A stretch of DNA of 64,000 nucleotides from Octopus bimaculoides (GCF_001194135.2 NC_068981.1:159678307-159742306); one strand, 5' to 3'; shown: positions 1 through 13,190, counted from the first letter of the stretch. Notes: generated by a model not told the origin, from the letters alone. Made by a program: numbers and translations.

Positions 1-274
1 CGTTCCACCAGATTTGAACGTGAATATATCAATCGCTGTTGTATTTTGTCATTGGAGAACAACTTTTTTCAGGCGAATGTATATTCATGACACACTCGAT
101 TCATTAGCATATGGTATAGCTGGAGGTAGCCTCCAGTTTTAACCCAGATAAAATATTATTTACTATGCCGTATTCTCAAGGCTTACGAACCGCTAGCTTA
201 CAGGGACGTAAACACACCAACATCGGTTGTCAAGCGAGGGTGGTGAGGACAAACACAGATACAAAAACACTCAC

Positions 275-277
<3 letters not shown>

Positions 278-334
<57 letters not shown>

Positions 335-1150
335 GACAAGCTTCTTTCAGTTTCCGTCTACCAAATCCACTCACAAGGTTTCATATATATATCATAATGG
401 TACTATTATTGTGATATTACTTTTGTATTTGTTTTTGTTGTCACTACAACAAGATGTGTCGCCCGGAATCTGATAAAGAGATTGGTGGAGAGTAATAGGC
501 ATGGTATATATGAGGAAACTCAATTAAATCCGCTTGACGAAGCACCCACACAGAGCTGTTGCTGAAAAATATTTAATTATATAGTAATTCTAAAGAACAC
601 ACTTATGTAATGATATATATAGATGTAAAGTCAGCAACTTATAAACTCAATAAATGTAGTGTTTGCTGTTAAAGCTTGCTGTTTTCCATTTTTGTATCAT
701 ATTATTCTTGTATGTATGTATGTATGTATGTATGTATGTATGTATGTATGTATGTATGTATGTGTGTGTGTATGTGTGTATGTATGTATGTGTGTATGTA
801 TGTATGTATGTATGTATGTATTGTATGTATGTATGTATGTATGTATGTATGTATGTATGGGAGAAATAAGGATAAACGCAGGTTTTTATTATAGTCCTTA
901 TGCGCATTTCCTCATTATGGTTGTTTAGAGAATAGGTGATGCGAAACCAATGAAATAGGTGACGCGAAACCAATGGTAACTCTCTGATGCGTGCGAGTGT
1001 GTGTCAGTTCCCGTTTTCTATTTTTATTTGTGTATGAGGCTATCAGGTGTGTGTGTAAGAGCGTGTGTGATGAAGCTGTAGTGTGCGTATGTACTGTGTG
1101 TACTTGTGCGTGTGTAAATGTGTCTATGCACGCGTGTGTGCATGTGTATT

Positions 1151-1224
<74 letters not shown>

Positions 1225-1228
1225 CGCT
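278..1228. repeat. Microsatellite cluster: (AT)n, (TATG)n, (GT)n
   Basis: Direct inspection: arrays near 278-332, 710-858, 1155-1216. Confidence 0.95.
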
Positions 1229-1289
1229 GCTTGAAGTGTTAGATAATGAGCTAAACTGTGTAACGTAGGTATGTAGATAAGTTTGAGGT

Positions 1290-3085
1290 GAGTGCTGTGT
1301 GTGTGTTCGAAGGAATGGTTTAGATGAACCGAGGTAGAGAATTTAGACTGTAAGGCTCTAAAGTATGGAGAGAGAAAATTAATTCCTTCACCAGACGGAA
1401 ACGGGAGTCCTAGTGGCTTCTGTGCAAGGCCAGTCCGAACAGAAACAAATGTTGCGGGAATAACCAGTCGAACGAAAATGAATGGAGACTGTGGTGTCGT
1501 TACTGAACCTGGTGTCCTGCAATTTGTTAAATGTAAGGAGAGTGGTAAAGACAGCAGTGGACGCAGTAAGTCAGACTACTGGAGGTGCAAGTGGCGGAGC
1601 CGGTGACGTGGAAGGAGCGGTTGTGGGTATCAGGGTGTTTGAGTGGAAGAGAGAGATGCGGCAGCGCAGTGAGAAAAAATAAAGGAGTCAAATTGAGTGC
1701 CGAGTTTGGAGAAACAGCTACGGACCACTCGGTCAAATAAGTTGTGGCGCGTTTGGAAGAAAGAGATGGGTTGGGGAAGTGGAGAGTTCGGATAGGAGTC
1801 GACGCAAAGCGCGTAAAATGATACGTTGGAGGGGTAATGTGGAGGGATGGTAGGTTAAGGGAAAGGAGAGGCGGGTGTGGGTAGAGGGGCAGGGGGAGAG
1901 GGGCNNNNNNNNNNNNNNNNNNNNNNNNNNNNNNNNNNNNNNNNNNNNNNNNNNNNNNNNNNNNNNNNNNNNNNNNNNNNNNNNNNNNNNNNNNNNNNNN
2001 NNNNNNNNNNNNNNNNNNNNNNNNNNNNNNNNNNNNNNNNNNNNNNNNNNNNNNNNNNNNNNNNNNNNNNNNNNNNNNNNNNNNNNNNNNNNNNNNNNNN
2101 NNNNNNNNNNNNNNGAGGGGAGAGGGCTTATGCATGGTCAAGAGATTCAGCATGGACAAGGGCAACTTAGATAAGAGTAGGAGTTATTACCTTTGGGTGA
2201 AGTGCGAACCATGAGTTGGAACTGTGTCTCGAAGTCATGATTGTCACTACAGAGCCGACTGAGACGGAAGAACTGAGAGTAAGGGGTGGACAGTTTAATG
2301 TGGTTAGGGTGGGTGGAGAAGAAGTTGAGGTAGGAGTGGAAGCCTGTAAGCTTGTAGTGAGTGAAGGAGGAGAGAGAGGAGTGGTTGATGGCAATGGAAA
2401 TGTGGAAATTAACAGAGGTGTTGGATACAGCAGGAGAATTCAAAGGTGGGGTGAAAGGATTGCGTGAAAGAGAAGGAGTTGAGCTGTTCGCGGGAGTGGA
2501 GTCGTGCTGATACAGTCGTCAATGTACTGTCCGTATAGCCCAGTAGTAGGATTAGTAAATTATGAGAATATCCGAGTTTCAACATGGCCAACGAAAAGGT
2601 CCGCGTAGTTGGGACCCATTCTCGTTCCTATTGTCACTCCCGAGAGTTGCTAAAACTCCCCTGCAAGCAAAAAATAATTCAAAGCGAGAACAAGTTCGGC
2701 CAAACTGAGAAGAATAAGCTGCTAGGCTGGGGGTCGGGAAGTAAGTCAAGGAGATGCTTGAGTGTGAGGAGGCACTCAATAATGAAGGATAAGAGTGTAA
2801 GGAAACTTGATGTTGAGGTTGAACAAGAACTGAGAAGGTCCAATAAGAACGAAAAGGAATTCAAGAAACGAAGAGAGTGGTTGATGTGAGTGTGTGAGTG
2901 GAGAGAAGCCACTAAGAGTGCGAGGACGAGGTCCAGATATTGGGAGATTAATTCCGTACAGCAATTGTAGGCAGAACCAATGGGGTTAGTTGAGATAGTT
3001 GAGTTTATGAATCTTGGAAAGGTGGGGTTGCGTGTGGTCCGGACAATGAGGTTGGAGGCGGTGTGAGGTAGGAGGGAAAAGGAAA
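1290..3085 (-). mobile_element. Degenerate Penelope-like element (RT plus GIY-YIG endonuclease), interrupted by N gap
   Basis: Frameshifted peptides resembling PLE RT (ELISQYLDLVLA; FHSYLNFFSTHPNHIKLSTPYSQFFRLSRLCSD) followed by endonuclease-like HNRSFHVTGSATCTSSSLTYCVHC. Confidence 0.8.
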
Positions 3086-3264
3086 TAAGTTCGTGGATTG
3101 TATGTATGTATGTATGTATGTATATATGTATGTATGTGTGTATGTATACATGTGTGTGCATGTATGTATACTCCTGTACACACACACACACAAACACTCA
3201 AAGGGAAGAAGTAGAACATCATTAAACTTATAGCTAGAGAAATAACTTTATTGCAGCAAACTAA

Positions 3265-3912
3265 TCTTTTCTGCTCTAGGCACAAGGCCCGAAACTTTTG
3301 GGAGAGGGGGCCAGTCGATTAGATCGACTCCAGTACGAAACTGGTACTTAATTTACCGACTCCAAAAGGATGAAAGGCAAAGTCGACCTCGGTCGGATTT
3401 GAACTCGGAACGTAAAAACAGACGAAATACCGATAAGTATTTCGCCCGGCGTGCTGACGTTTCTGCCAGCTCACCACCTTTTCCCACCAAATATAATTTT
3501 CTACTCTAGCACAAAGCTAGAGGGCCAGTTGATTAGATAGACTCCAGTACGCAACTGGTACTTAATTTATCGACCCCGAAAAGATAAAAGGCAAAGTCGA
3601 CCTCGGCGGAATTTGAACTCAGAACATAAAGACAGATAAAACTGGTAAGCATTTCGCCCGGCGTGCTTACGTTTCTTATTTCTTTATTGCCCACAAGGGG
3701 CTAAACATAGAGAGGACAAACAAGGACAGGCAAAGGGATTAAGTTGATCACATCGAACCCAGTGCGTAACTGTACTTAATTTATCGACCCCGAAAGGATA
3801 AAAGGCAAAGTCGACCTCGGCGGAATTTGAACTCAGAACGTAGCAGCAGACGAAATACCGCTAAGCATTTCGCCCGCCCGGTGTGCTAACGTTTCTGCCA
3901 GCTCGCCGCCTT
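3265..3912 (-). mobile_element. Three tandem copies of tRNA-derived SINE family 1 (third copy has a different 3' tail)
   Basis: Repeated GGCGGCGAGCTGGCAGAA head, GAGTTCAAATTCC B-box and GCCTTTCATCCTTTCGGGGTCGATAAATTAAGTACCAG core. Confidence 0.85.
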
Positions 3913-4339
3913 CTTGCAACAAACTGATAAAAATATTGTGACACGCTTGTTAATATTTTTGCAGAAGGAACCGAATAGGTAAATTAAATGATAGTTTATA
4001 ATGTTTATTTTATGAGCTATTTTACCAACAGTAGTGTTGGCATTCGTTAACTCTGTTGGCATTCATTAGGATGTCGCATTTTAAAGAGCTTAGAGTGTGC
4101 TATCGATTAGTAGATAATATATCCTACCACGAAACATGCATTTGCTTTCGCACCCCAGCTACTCTATTTTGGGAATCTTTTTATACTAGTCGTGAATGTT
4201 CGATTTCACAATCACCAGCGATCTCTCCTGGCGAAAATACATCCTTGACGTAGCTACGACCACATCCTGGAAGACTAGGCCTTCTCTTCAAATCTAAAAA
4301 ATACTTCAACGCGCAACAGTTGTTAATATTCTACAAAGC

Positions 4340-4790
4340 TTACGGCGGCAAGCTGGCAGAATCGTCAGGACGACGGGCAAAATGCTTAGTGACATTTCGT
4401 CCGTCTTTATGTTCTGAGTTCAAATTCCATCGAGTTTGACTTTGTCTTTCATCCTTTCGAGGTCAATAAACCAAGTACCTGTCGAGCACTGGGGTCAATG
4501 TATTCGACTTACCTCTCCTTCAAAATTGCTGGCCATGTGACAAAATTTGAAACCAATATTAACTGGGTTTAGGCGGTAAAGTGACAGAATTGTTAGCACG
4601 CCGAGCAAAATGCTCAACGGCATTTCGTCCGTCTTTACATTTTGAGTTCAGATTCCGCCGAGGTCGACTTTGTCTTTCATCTTCTCAGAGTCGATAAAAT
4701 AAGTACTAGTTGAGTACTGGGATCGATGTAATAGACTTACGCGCTTCCCCAAAATTTCTGGCCTTGTGCGAAAATTAGAAACCAATATTC
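4340..4790 (+). mobile_element. Two tandem copies of SINE family 1 (opposite orientation to 3265-3912)
   Basis: Same head, B-box and core on the plus strand. Further copies near 5380-5570, 9915-10340 (x2), 14880-15000, 21910-22120, 26650-26830, 44280-44450, 58800-58960. Confidence 0.85.
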
Positions 4791-4849
4791 TATACAGCTT
4801 AAGTGAAGCCCACAAGGAATATTTTGTTCATTTTCTTTCACATCTGGGA

Positions 4850-5278
4850 TAGTGTTGCAGCAGCTGCACAAGTGGGCCGCATCCAGAGAGAAGTCACTCG
4901 ACCGATTAGCATAAAGTCACGCGCTGAAAGACTCCACTCTCCGGTCACAAAGTACTGTTTCTGCATTCTCTACCTTTTTCTATCGTTACTATAACGGTTT
5001 GTTTTTCGAAGTTAGTTGATCTTGTACCCTCTCCACTCATGTACTCTCGTTCCACTTATCTCTTCTCCTTAAATCCCCATTGTCTGAGTCCACCCCCACT
5101 TCAACCTTAGGTTCCACACTAACCAACAAGCCCAGTCTTCCCTTCGAAGGGATGTCGACATACCACAATATAAGCGAATATCTCACTGGTTTCAGACGGT
5201 CAGCAAAAGGACTTGGACACTGCTCCCTTCTCCAGACTCAGCCGGCGCCATAAATAAATAAATAAATAAATAAATAAA
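4850..5278 (+). mobile_element. 5'-truncated retroposon 3' end with (TAAA)n tail, family unassigned
   Basis: GC-richer segment ending abruptly in about 7 TAAA units at 5249-5278. Confidence 0.45.
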
Positions 5279-6604
5279 ATTACCAGATTTTGAAATGTTT
5301 TTTACTTCTTTAGCTTGTAGCATGAACTGATATAAGGGAGATAACATAGTAACAAGTCTTTTATAGTTTGTTAACCAGTTAAGTGGCGAGCTGGCGAAAC
5401 CGTCAGATCGCCAGACGAAAATACCTCGTAGTATTTCTTCCGGCTCGCTACGTTCGAAGTTGAAATGCCTTTCACTCTTCCAGGGTCAATAAAATAATGT
5501 AAGTTAAGTGCTGGAATTCATTTAATTTACGCTTTCCTCCTAAAATTATTGCCCTTAAGTCTAAATCGGAAACATCTATGAATCCAACTGTTAACAATAA
5601 TAAAATTATGAAAAAATATTTATAGCAGTATTTTAACACCAGCTCATTCGTTTAATTAATACTCACTTGATTTAAATTATGCATTAAAATTTTTAATTTC
5701 AGGGCAAATTTCCTTCCATTGTTTTTCATTGTTTCGGTAGTTTTGTTCAAGGGAGATAACAAGTAATTAACTCCCTTCACAAATATTTTTTTAACAATTA
5801 AAAATAGAAATGATTCTTAAAAATTGGTTAATTTGGTAAATCACTCTTTAAGCACTTTTTGAACACAGTAAGCGAAACAAGAAAATCTCTGTGTCACTTT
5901 TAAGATTATAAGCTGAAATAAAAATAATTGCAATTTCTGTTATTTTAAGTCTTCATGTATGTTTTGTATTAACACGTTCACTTTTCTTCCTGCATGAATA
6001 AACTTCATTGATTTTGAGGGGACGAAAGATTGGGGGAAACAGTTGAGTGCTTGATTACATATCTAAAAACATTAATGCTTCTCTCTATATAGTTTTTCTA
6101 TATTGGAAGGGTCATTATACCAATATGAAAAACAAGCAAAATTACTCTTCCAAGATACATCTGTTTCGACACGATTTCACATCAAGAATCTTGCTAACCA
6201 AATACAAAATGAAATTTCTCTACTTTCTAATTTCATAGCCCCTCTTTACCACGTTCATAAAATAATAACAGCATTTGTAATTCCATCGGAATATATGTGT
6301 GTGTGTAACATAGTAATTTAAAATGAGATTTCTTTCACTTCAAAGTAAGAAAAGTACAAAAAGATCATTAACTCTCCGCAAACACAACAAAATTATATCA
6401 TATACAGGGGAAATAACTCTTTCAACTACAAGTGATTGAAAAAGTGGGGGGTTTTCTACATGTGTAAAATTATCTTAAAGTGCTTTCTTCTTTATCCATA
6501 GATTTTTCATAAAAATTTATCTGAATACCTAAAATTAGATGTAAATTCACAAATACGAGATATATTTTGCAAGAATATAAAATTTGCTATTAATTGTATA
6601 TTGC

Positions 6605-6958
6605 AGCACTCTGGTTATGACAAGGGTTCCAGTTGATCCGATCAACGGAACAGACTGCTCGTGAAACTAACGTACAAGTGGCTGAGCACTCCAGAGACAC
6701 GTGTACCCTCAATATAATTCTTAGGGAGATTCACAATGTGTGACAAAGCTGGCTCTTTGAAATACAGGTACAACAGAAACAGGAAGAAAGAGAGAAAGTT
6801 GTGGTGAAAGAGTACAGCAGGGTTCGCCACCTGCTGGAGCCTCGTGGAGCTTTAGGTGTTTTCGTTCAGTAAACACTCACAACGCCGGATCTGGGAATCG
6901 AAACCGCGATCTTACGACCATGAGTCTGCTGCCCTTATCACTGGGCCACTGTGCCTCC
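6605..6958 (-). mobile_element. tRNA-derived SINE family 3, head A
   Basis: A-box TGGCCCAGTGATAAGG, B-box GGTTTCGATTCCC; 3' domain shared with 7008-7286. Confidence 0.8.
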
Positions 6959-7007
6959 ACCTTCTCTCCTAATAGGAGCACTCCTAATAGGAGGATCCCA
7001 ACTGATA

Positions 7008-7286
7008 TGATCAACGGAACAGCTTGCTCATGAAATTAACATGCAATTTGCTGAGCACTCAACAGACACGTGTACCCTTAACGTAGTTCTCAGGGAGATT
7101 CGGCGTGACACAGTGTGACAAGGCTGGCCCTTTGAAATACAGGTACTACTCATTTTTGAGCGTATTGAGCGTATTGGAGCAACGTGAAATAAAGTGTCTT
7201 GCTCAAGGATACAACGTGTCACTGGGAATTGAACTCACATTACAATCATGCACGGAATGCCCTAACCACTAAGCCACATACCTTCA
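7008..7286 (-). mobile_element. tRNA-derived SINE family 3, head B
   Basis: A-box TGGCTTAGTGGTTAGG, B-box GAGTTCAATTCCC; same roughly 140-nt 3' domain as 6605-6958. Confidence 0.8.
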
Positions 7287-7789
7287 CTAATTGTATATCT
7301 ATATATATATATATGTAGTGAATCTTGCAAGCACGAAACGGATTCATTCCACCATAGCCAAATTTAAATTAACACTTCAACAGAACTTTTCCCGCAGTGG
7401 AACAATGGTTTTTCTCTGACAGCAGTGTTACATTTGCCAGATTGTCTTTAGCTAGGCCGAACTAATGTCTTCACCACTTGACCCTTATAACTTCTACTTC
7501 ACCAAAAGCTAGAATAGAGATATCACAGTACCACCAACGAAGCCCATTGTTCTCAACGATATGTCTTCTTTCAGTTTCCATCTGCCAAATCCACTCACAA
7601 GGCTTTGGTCGGCCTGAGACTGTAGTAGAAGGCATTCGCCCAAGGTATCACACAGTGGGACTGAACCCAGGACCATGTAGTTGGAAAGCAAGTTTCTTTA
7701 TTTCATTCAATTGGCCATAAAGGCCTTACAAAGAGGTATAGAAGCAATGCGGGCTGGACATATACATTAATGGGATGAGAATGATATAA

Positions 7790-8950
7790 ATGAGAGGGGT
7801 ATATGGCGCCTGCCGACCGCAAACCCCTCAAAATCACTGTTCTTTTAAAATACAATTAAAGTTCAATTAAAATTCAATTACATACAATCAAATCAATACA
7901 AGTCAAAAATAATCAAAAATCACATGATTTAACAATCAATGAATAGGCGCATTAAGCCTCTTGAACTTCCTCCCCGAGCAACTTTTTTGCAGCCCGCTGC
8001 GACAAATCGGGGTCTATTTTAAGGAATTGAAAGTTTTTCCTTCCAAAGGAGGCCATTACATTGACCAATTCTCTGCATTGCTCAGAGCCTCTGCATACAC
8101 TTGTGGAGGCCACTCCGGGTAGTCCATGCACCCGGACTCAAACNNNNNNNNNNNNNNNNNNNNNNNNNNNNNNNNNNNNNNNNNNNNNNNNNNNNNNNNN
8201 NNNNNNNNNNNNNNNNNNNNNNNNNNNNNNNNNNNNNNNNNNNNNNNNNNNNNNNNNNNNNNNNNNNNNNNNNNNNNNNNNNNNNNNNNNNNNNNNNNNN
8301 NNNNNNNNNNNNNNNNNNNNNNNNNNNNNNNNNNNNNNNNNNNNNNNNNNNNNNNNNNNNNNNNNNNNNNNNNNNNNNNNNNNNNNNNNNNNNNNNNNNN
8401 NNNNNNNNNNNNNNNNNNNNNNNNNNNNNNNNNNNNNNNNNNNNNNNNNNNNNNNNNNNNNNNNNNNNNNNNNNNNNNNNNNNNNNNNNNNNNNNNNNNN
8501 NNNNNNNNNNNNNNNNNNNNNNNNNNNNNNNNNNNNNNNNNNNNNNNNNNNNNNNNNNNNNNNNNNNNNNNNNNNNNNNNNNNNNNNNNNNNNNNNNNNN
8601 NNNNNNNNNNNNNNNNNNNNNNNNNNNNNNNNNNNNNNNNNNNNNNNNNNNNNNNNNNNNNNNNNNNNNNNNNNNNNNNNNNNGCACTTTTCCTTTTTCC
8701 TGCTCCAGGGCTTTCCCACGGCCCTGAGGGCAGTTCTTCCTGATAAAGCCAGGCTCCAGGCATAGGTGACACTTCAAGAAATCGGGAAAACACATGTCCT
8801 TTGCAGCCACAAGGGTCCATAGGGTCAAAACTGCCCTAGCACCCACCCAGTTGACCGCAGGTGTCATGTGCACATTTAAGAGCCTGGGTCCGCTGTCCCC
8901 CAAGCCCCGCCAGATGGCATCAGCAATCCACCCAGCTTCAGACCTCAGGG
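7790..8950 (-). mobile_element. GC-rich retroelement fragment with gag/ORF1-like zinc knuckle (possibly L1/Tx1-type), gap inside
   Basis: Minus-strand peptide KCHLCLEPGFIRKNCPQGRGK (CX2CX4[H>F]X4C); terminal hairpin GAGGGGT...ACCCCTC near 7794-7829. Confidence 0.5.
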
Positions 8951-9846
8951 GCCTAGAAGACAAGCCTCATCCTGGAATATCTGTAGAGCTCGACAAGGAT
9001 GTCCTGCAAACCCTGGTGGAACAAACTCACATCATAACTGTTGGGGAACTAACTGAGAAACTTGGATTTGGTTGTTCAATGACACATGCATGCCATTGGA
9101 AAAGTCAGCAAAGCTTTCCAAGTCTAACCGCATGCAGAGAGTGAATGTGTGCTCTTCTTTGCTGCCACATCTCACGAATGAACCTTTTTTGGACTGAATA
9201 GTGACTGCTGGCGAGAAATGGGTTCTCTATAAAAATGTCAAGTGATGAAGACAGTTGGTAGAGAAAGGAGAAACACAAGCACCCCAGGCTAAAGAAGGTC
9301 TTCACCCACATAAGGTGTTGTTATCTGTTTGGTGGGATATGAAAGGTTTAGTCCACTTTGAACTTTTAAACCCAAACCAAACGATAACAAAGGAAATCTA
9401 CTGTGAGCAGTTCTAATGGCTTAAGTCATCACTAGAAGAAAAATGACCATCTTCGGTTTCAAGACAAAAGGTGTCCTTCTATCAGGATAATGCTTGGCCA
9501 GATACAGCGAGGATGACATTCCAAAAGCTAAAGCAGTCTGAACAGGAAACAATGCCCCACCCACCATATTCACCAGACATTTCCCCTTCTGATTATTATT
9601 TATTCCACAGTCTTCAAAATCATTAGAATGGAAAAATTATGAATTCTATAGACGAGGTCAGAACAGTATTGGATGAGTATTTTTCATCACAGACAAGTGA
9701 ATTTTGGAAGAGGGGCCTTGCAAGTCTACCAGATAGATGGAAGAGCAATGTACAAAATGAAGGAAAGTATATTTTAGATTAAAAAAGAACTTTATTTTAA
9801 TTTTGAAAAATAAAAGTATAAAAAAATGCATTATTTATGGTATGAC

Positions 9847-9851
<5 letters not shown>
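8950..9851 (+). mobile_element. Mariner (DD34D) transposase pseudogene with right TIR, 5' part missing
   Basis: One frame with stops reads IVTAGEKWVLYKN..LHPHKVLLSVWWDMKG..YQDNA..PHPPYSPDISPSDYYLF; 34 residues between the last two Asp; ends TATGACCCAATA then a (TA)n run. Confidence 0.92.
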
Positions 9852-9910
<59 letters not shown>

Positions 9911-10451
9911 TACTGATTCCAAATTTTGGCACACTGCCAGCAAGTTTGGGGAGGGGTTAAGTTGATTACATTGACCTTAGTGTTCAACTAGTACTTATTT
10001 TATTGATCCCAAAAGGGATGAAAAGCAAAGTTGACTTTGATAGCATTTGAGCCCAGAACAAACAGATGGATGAAATGTCACTAACCATTTGCCCAGTGGG
10101 CTAATGTTTCAACCAGCTTACCGCATTCCTCATATATATACATTTGTTTCAAATTTTGGCACAAGGCCAGCAATTTCAGGGAAGGGAATTACATTGACTC
10201 CAGTGCTCAACTGGTAGTTATTCTATTGACCCCAAAAGAATGAAGGCAAAGTCAACCTCAGTGGAATTTGAACTCAGGACGTCATGCTGCAAAGCATTTT
10301 GCCTAGCATGGTAACAATTCTACCAGCTCGCTGCCTTCCTCACATATATATTGGCAACAAGAAGGTACATCCAGCTATAGAAACTCTGCCTTAAAAAACT
10401 CCATCGAATTCATGCAAGGGAAAGTGGACATTAAAATGATGATGATGAAGG

Positions 10452-11094
10452 ACGACCTCAGGAACCTGAACCTTTCAAGCAAGATGGCAAAGGACTGAGA
10501 TACCTGGCGCTTGGCCGTACTCAAGAAGACTTATACCCTGGAGCAGAAGTGTTAAGACCAATCCTTCTGATGGTGTAAAGCACTAATGACAGTGCCATGT
10601 AAAAGTGCCTGTGCAGAATCATGTAAAAGCGCCTATGTGATACCAAATAAAAGCATCCAGTTCACTCTGTAAAGTGGAAGGGCATCCAACCAATAGAAAC
10701 CATGCCAAATCAGACTGGAGTCCGCTGCTGCCAGTTTTGGTTAAACCCATGCCAGCATGGGCAACAGACATCATCATCATCATCGTTTAACGTCCGCTTT
10801 CCATGCTAGCATGGGTTGGACGATTTGACTGAGGACTGGTGAAACCGGATGGCAACACCAGGCTCCAATCTAATTTGGCAGAGTTTCTACAGCTGGATGC
10901 CCTTCCTAACGCCAACCACTCAGAGTGTAGTGGGTGCTTTTACGTGTCACCCGCACAAGAGCCAGTCCAGGGGCACTGGCAACGATCTCACTTGGCTTGC
11001 CGGGTCTTCTCACGCACAGCACATTTCCAAAGGTCTCGGTCAGTAGTCATCGCCTCGGTGAGGCCCAATGTTCGAAGGCCTTAATGGTGGTGGT

Positions 11095-11136
<42 letters not shown>

Positions 11137-11345
11137 NNNNNNNNNNNNNNNNNNNNNNNNNNNNNGGTACTGGCAACGGTCATGCTCAAGATGGTACATC
11201 TTATGTGCCACCCACACAAGAGCCAGTCCAGGGGCACTGGCAACGATCTCACTTGGCTTGCCGGGTCTTCTCACGCACAGCACATTTCCAAAGGTCTCGG
11301 TCAGTAGTCATCGCCTCGGTGAGGCCCAATGTTCGAAGGCCTTAA
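10452..11345. mobile_element. RTE-LINE 3' fragments in tail-to-tail arrangement, second one partly duplicated across a gap
   Basis: Shared GGGCATCCAGCTGTAGAAAC...CCATGCTAGCATGG...GACGTTAAACG(ATG)n terminus on both strands. Confidence 0.8.
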
Positions 11346-11355
11346 TGGTGGTGGT

Positions 11356-11402
<47 letters not shown>

Positions 11403-12312
11403 TTGTCCTGGCTCTGTGATAGTTGCAAACCAGTGTCAGCATCATGCAAGTGCTGTCGTTCAGTTCTAATCGTCCATTGAAACATGTCCAGCCATGGGAA
11501 ACATCTACTGCCTTGATTGGAAACAAGTGAATGTTGATAACAGAAAGGGCTTTTTACCACACAGCCATGCCTGTGCTTATAGACAAATTAGGATTGTTGA
11601 GAAAAGCAGAAAAAACAAAAAACAAAAAAAAAACAAGAAACAAGTAAAAGAGTATGACATAAAGAACAAAAATAAAATTTTTTTTAAAAGGTTAAGTTTT
11701 AAATATTTATTTAATTCTTGATATATCACTGATGTTAGTACATCATAACAAATAAAATTTCATAGTTAAAAATGTTTTAAAATTGTTTTAGATGAAAAAT
11801 CTCTAATGAATACTTTTTTTCTGTCAGTCTGCCATGCCAACAACCACATAAAAATTAAGATGAATAAGGAGGATTTGAAGACAAACTTATGTTGATCTGA
11901 TGTCAACAACACAATTAAAGCAACCTTGTATTTCTTGCTTAATTAATTTATTCTATTTAGATTTCACTTTCTGTTCATATTCACTTACCTCTCAAATAAA
12001 ACTAAGTTTACTTAATTATGTTTTAATAATTCAAATACTTGCCAGTACCTCCTCCTTATAGATATTAAAAAAAAATAAAAACAAACAAAAAAGAAAAACA
12101 GAAAAACAGTGTAAAAAATTTGACAGTGCAGAAACTGAGTAAATTTCACAGTCACTCGCTTGTAATGGGGGAAATATCCTTAATATCTAGAGATACATCT
12201 GCAAAATCAAATATGTGTGTGTATGTATGTATATCAAAAGGTAATCTATATATCCAGCTTCATATGTATGCCTTGCCAGAACACCGAATACTCTCTTATA
12301 GGTGCTTGGAGC

Positions 12313-12343
<31 letters not shown>

Positions 12344-13190
12344 AAATACTTTTCTTTTTGTTTAGAACAGAAGACTTCAAAGCACATAAAGCTATAAATA
12401 ATACTATGTAAAAATTGGGTTGCAAAACTCTTTTGGACAGAAAAAGCTCTATGTTATTTGCAGCTTTATGAGCTTCAAGATTCACTGTTCCAAAAACACA
12501 ATTATTTCACATTCTCTCAAAAGTTTATAAATTTTTATGCCATCAACACTATATGTACGTACGTATGTATGTATGTATGTATGTATGTATGTATGTATGT
12601 ATACACAAATACACTGATAAATACCTATGTGTGAAATGGCAAATTGGAAACAAAATGTATGAAATTCACTCAAATTAATGTTTCTAGTATTAACTATTGT
12701 TGGCAACATATCAGTATGAGCATGAAAGTAAAAAAAAAAAAAAAAAANNNNNNNNNNAAAAAAAAAAAAAAAAAAGCTTTACGTGTTCAGAGAATACAAT
12801 AACAAAAAACGAGATTTAAATAACCTTAACAACATTTGAACAATTTTTCAATAAAACACTTATTTACATGAACTGTTAGAATATTTAATAATATAGCTAG
12901 ATACTCAATGTAAACCTAACCATTTAATTATGAAATGGGAGTAGATAATAAAACTTTTCATTAAGCTTCACTGAATATAATAACACAAACAAAATTGCCA
13001 AGTTTCATGGCACCACCATATTTATTGTATGATTTTGGTTATTATGAACTATAAACTAAAAAAAAACCATGCACCTTTTAAAACAGAAGCCAGTCGCTCT
13101 CTTTGCTCTAGTCGATAAAAAACGAGAAAATAATGCACATGCACACACAAAGAAAAAGAAATGGCAGACATGCCTTCTTCACAAATATTT

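Noticed and set aside
1-90. Open plus-strand frame RSTRFEREYINRCC..* at the window start
   Set aside because: Only 29 codons, truncated by the window edge, no recognisable motif.
165-1268. ORFs such as MYVCMYV..., CVCVCV..., IYIYIY... here and at 12.2, 41.7, 55.1, 56.9 and 59.9-60.4 kb
   Set aside because: Translations of di- and tetranucleotide microsatellites lacking stop codons; no coding signal.
2584-2889. 101-aa plus-strand ORF
   Set aside because: Antisense shadow of the degenerate Penelope RT.
8056-8963. Several 190-290 aa ORFs, likewise at 1.5-2.2, 16.8-17.1, 55.1-55.8 and 56.9-57.9 kb
   Set aside because: Length comes from reading through N gaps.
10950-11400. About 190-nt tandem duplication of an RTE fragment plus (GT)n
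   Set aside because: Straddles a 29-N gap next to a microsatellite; cannot be distinguished from mis-assembly.
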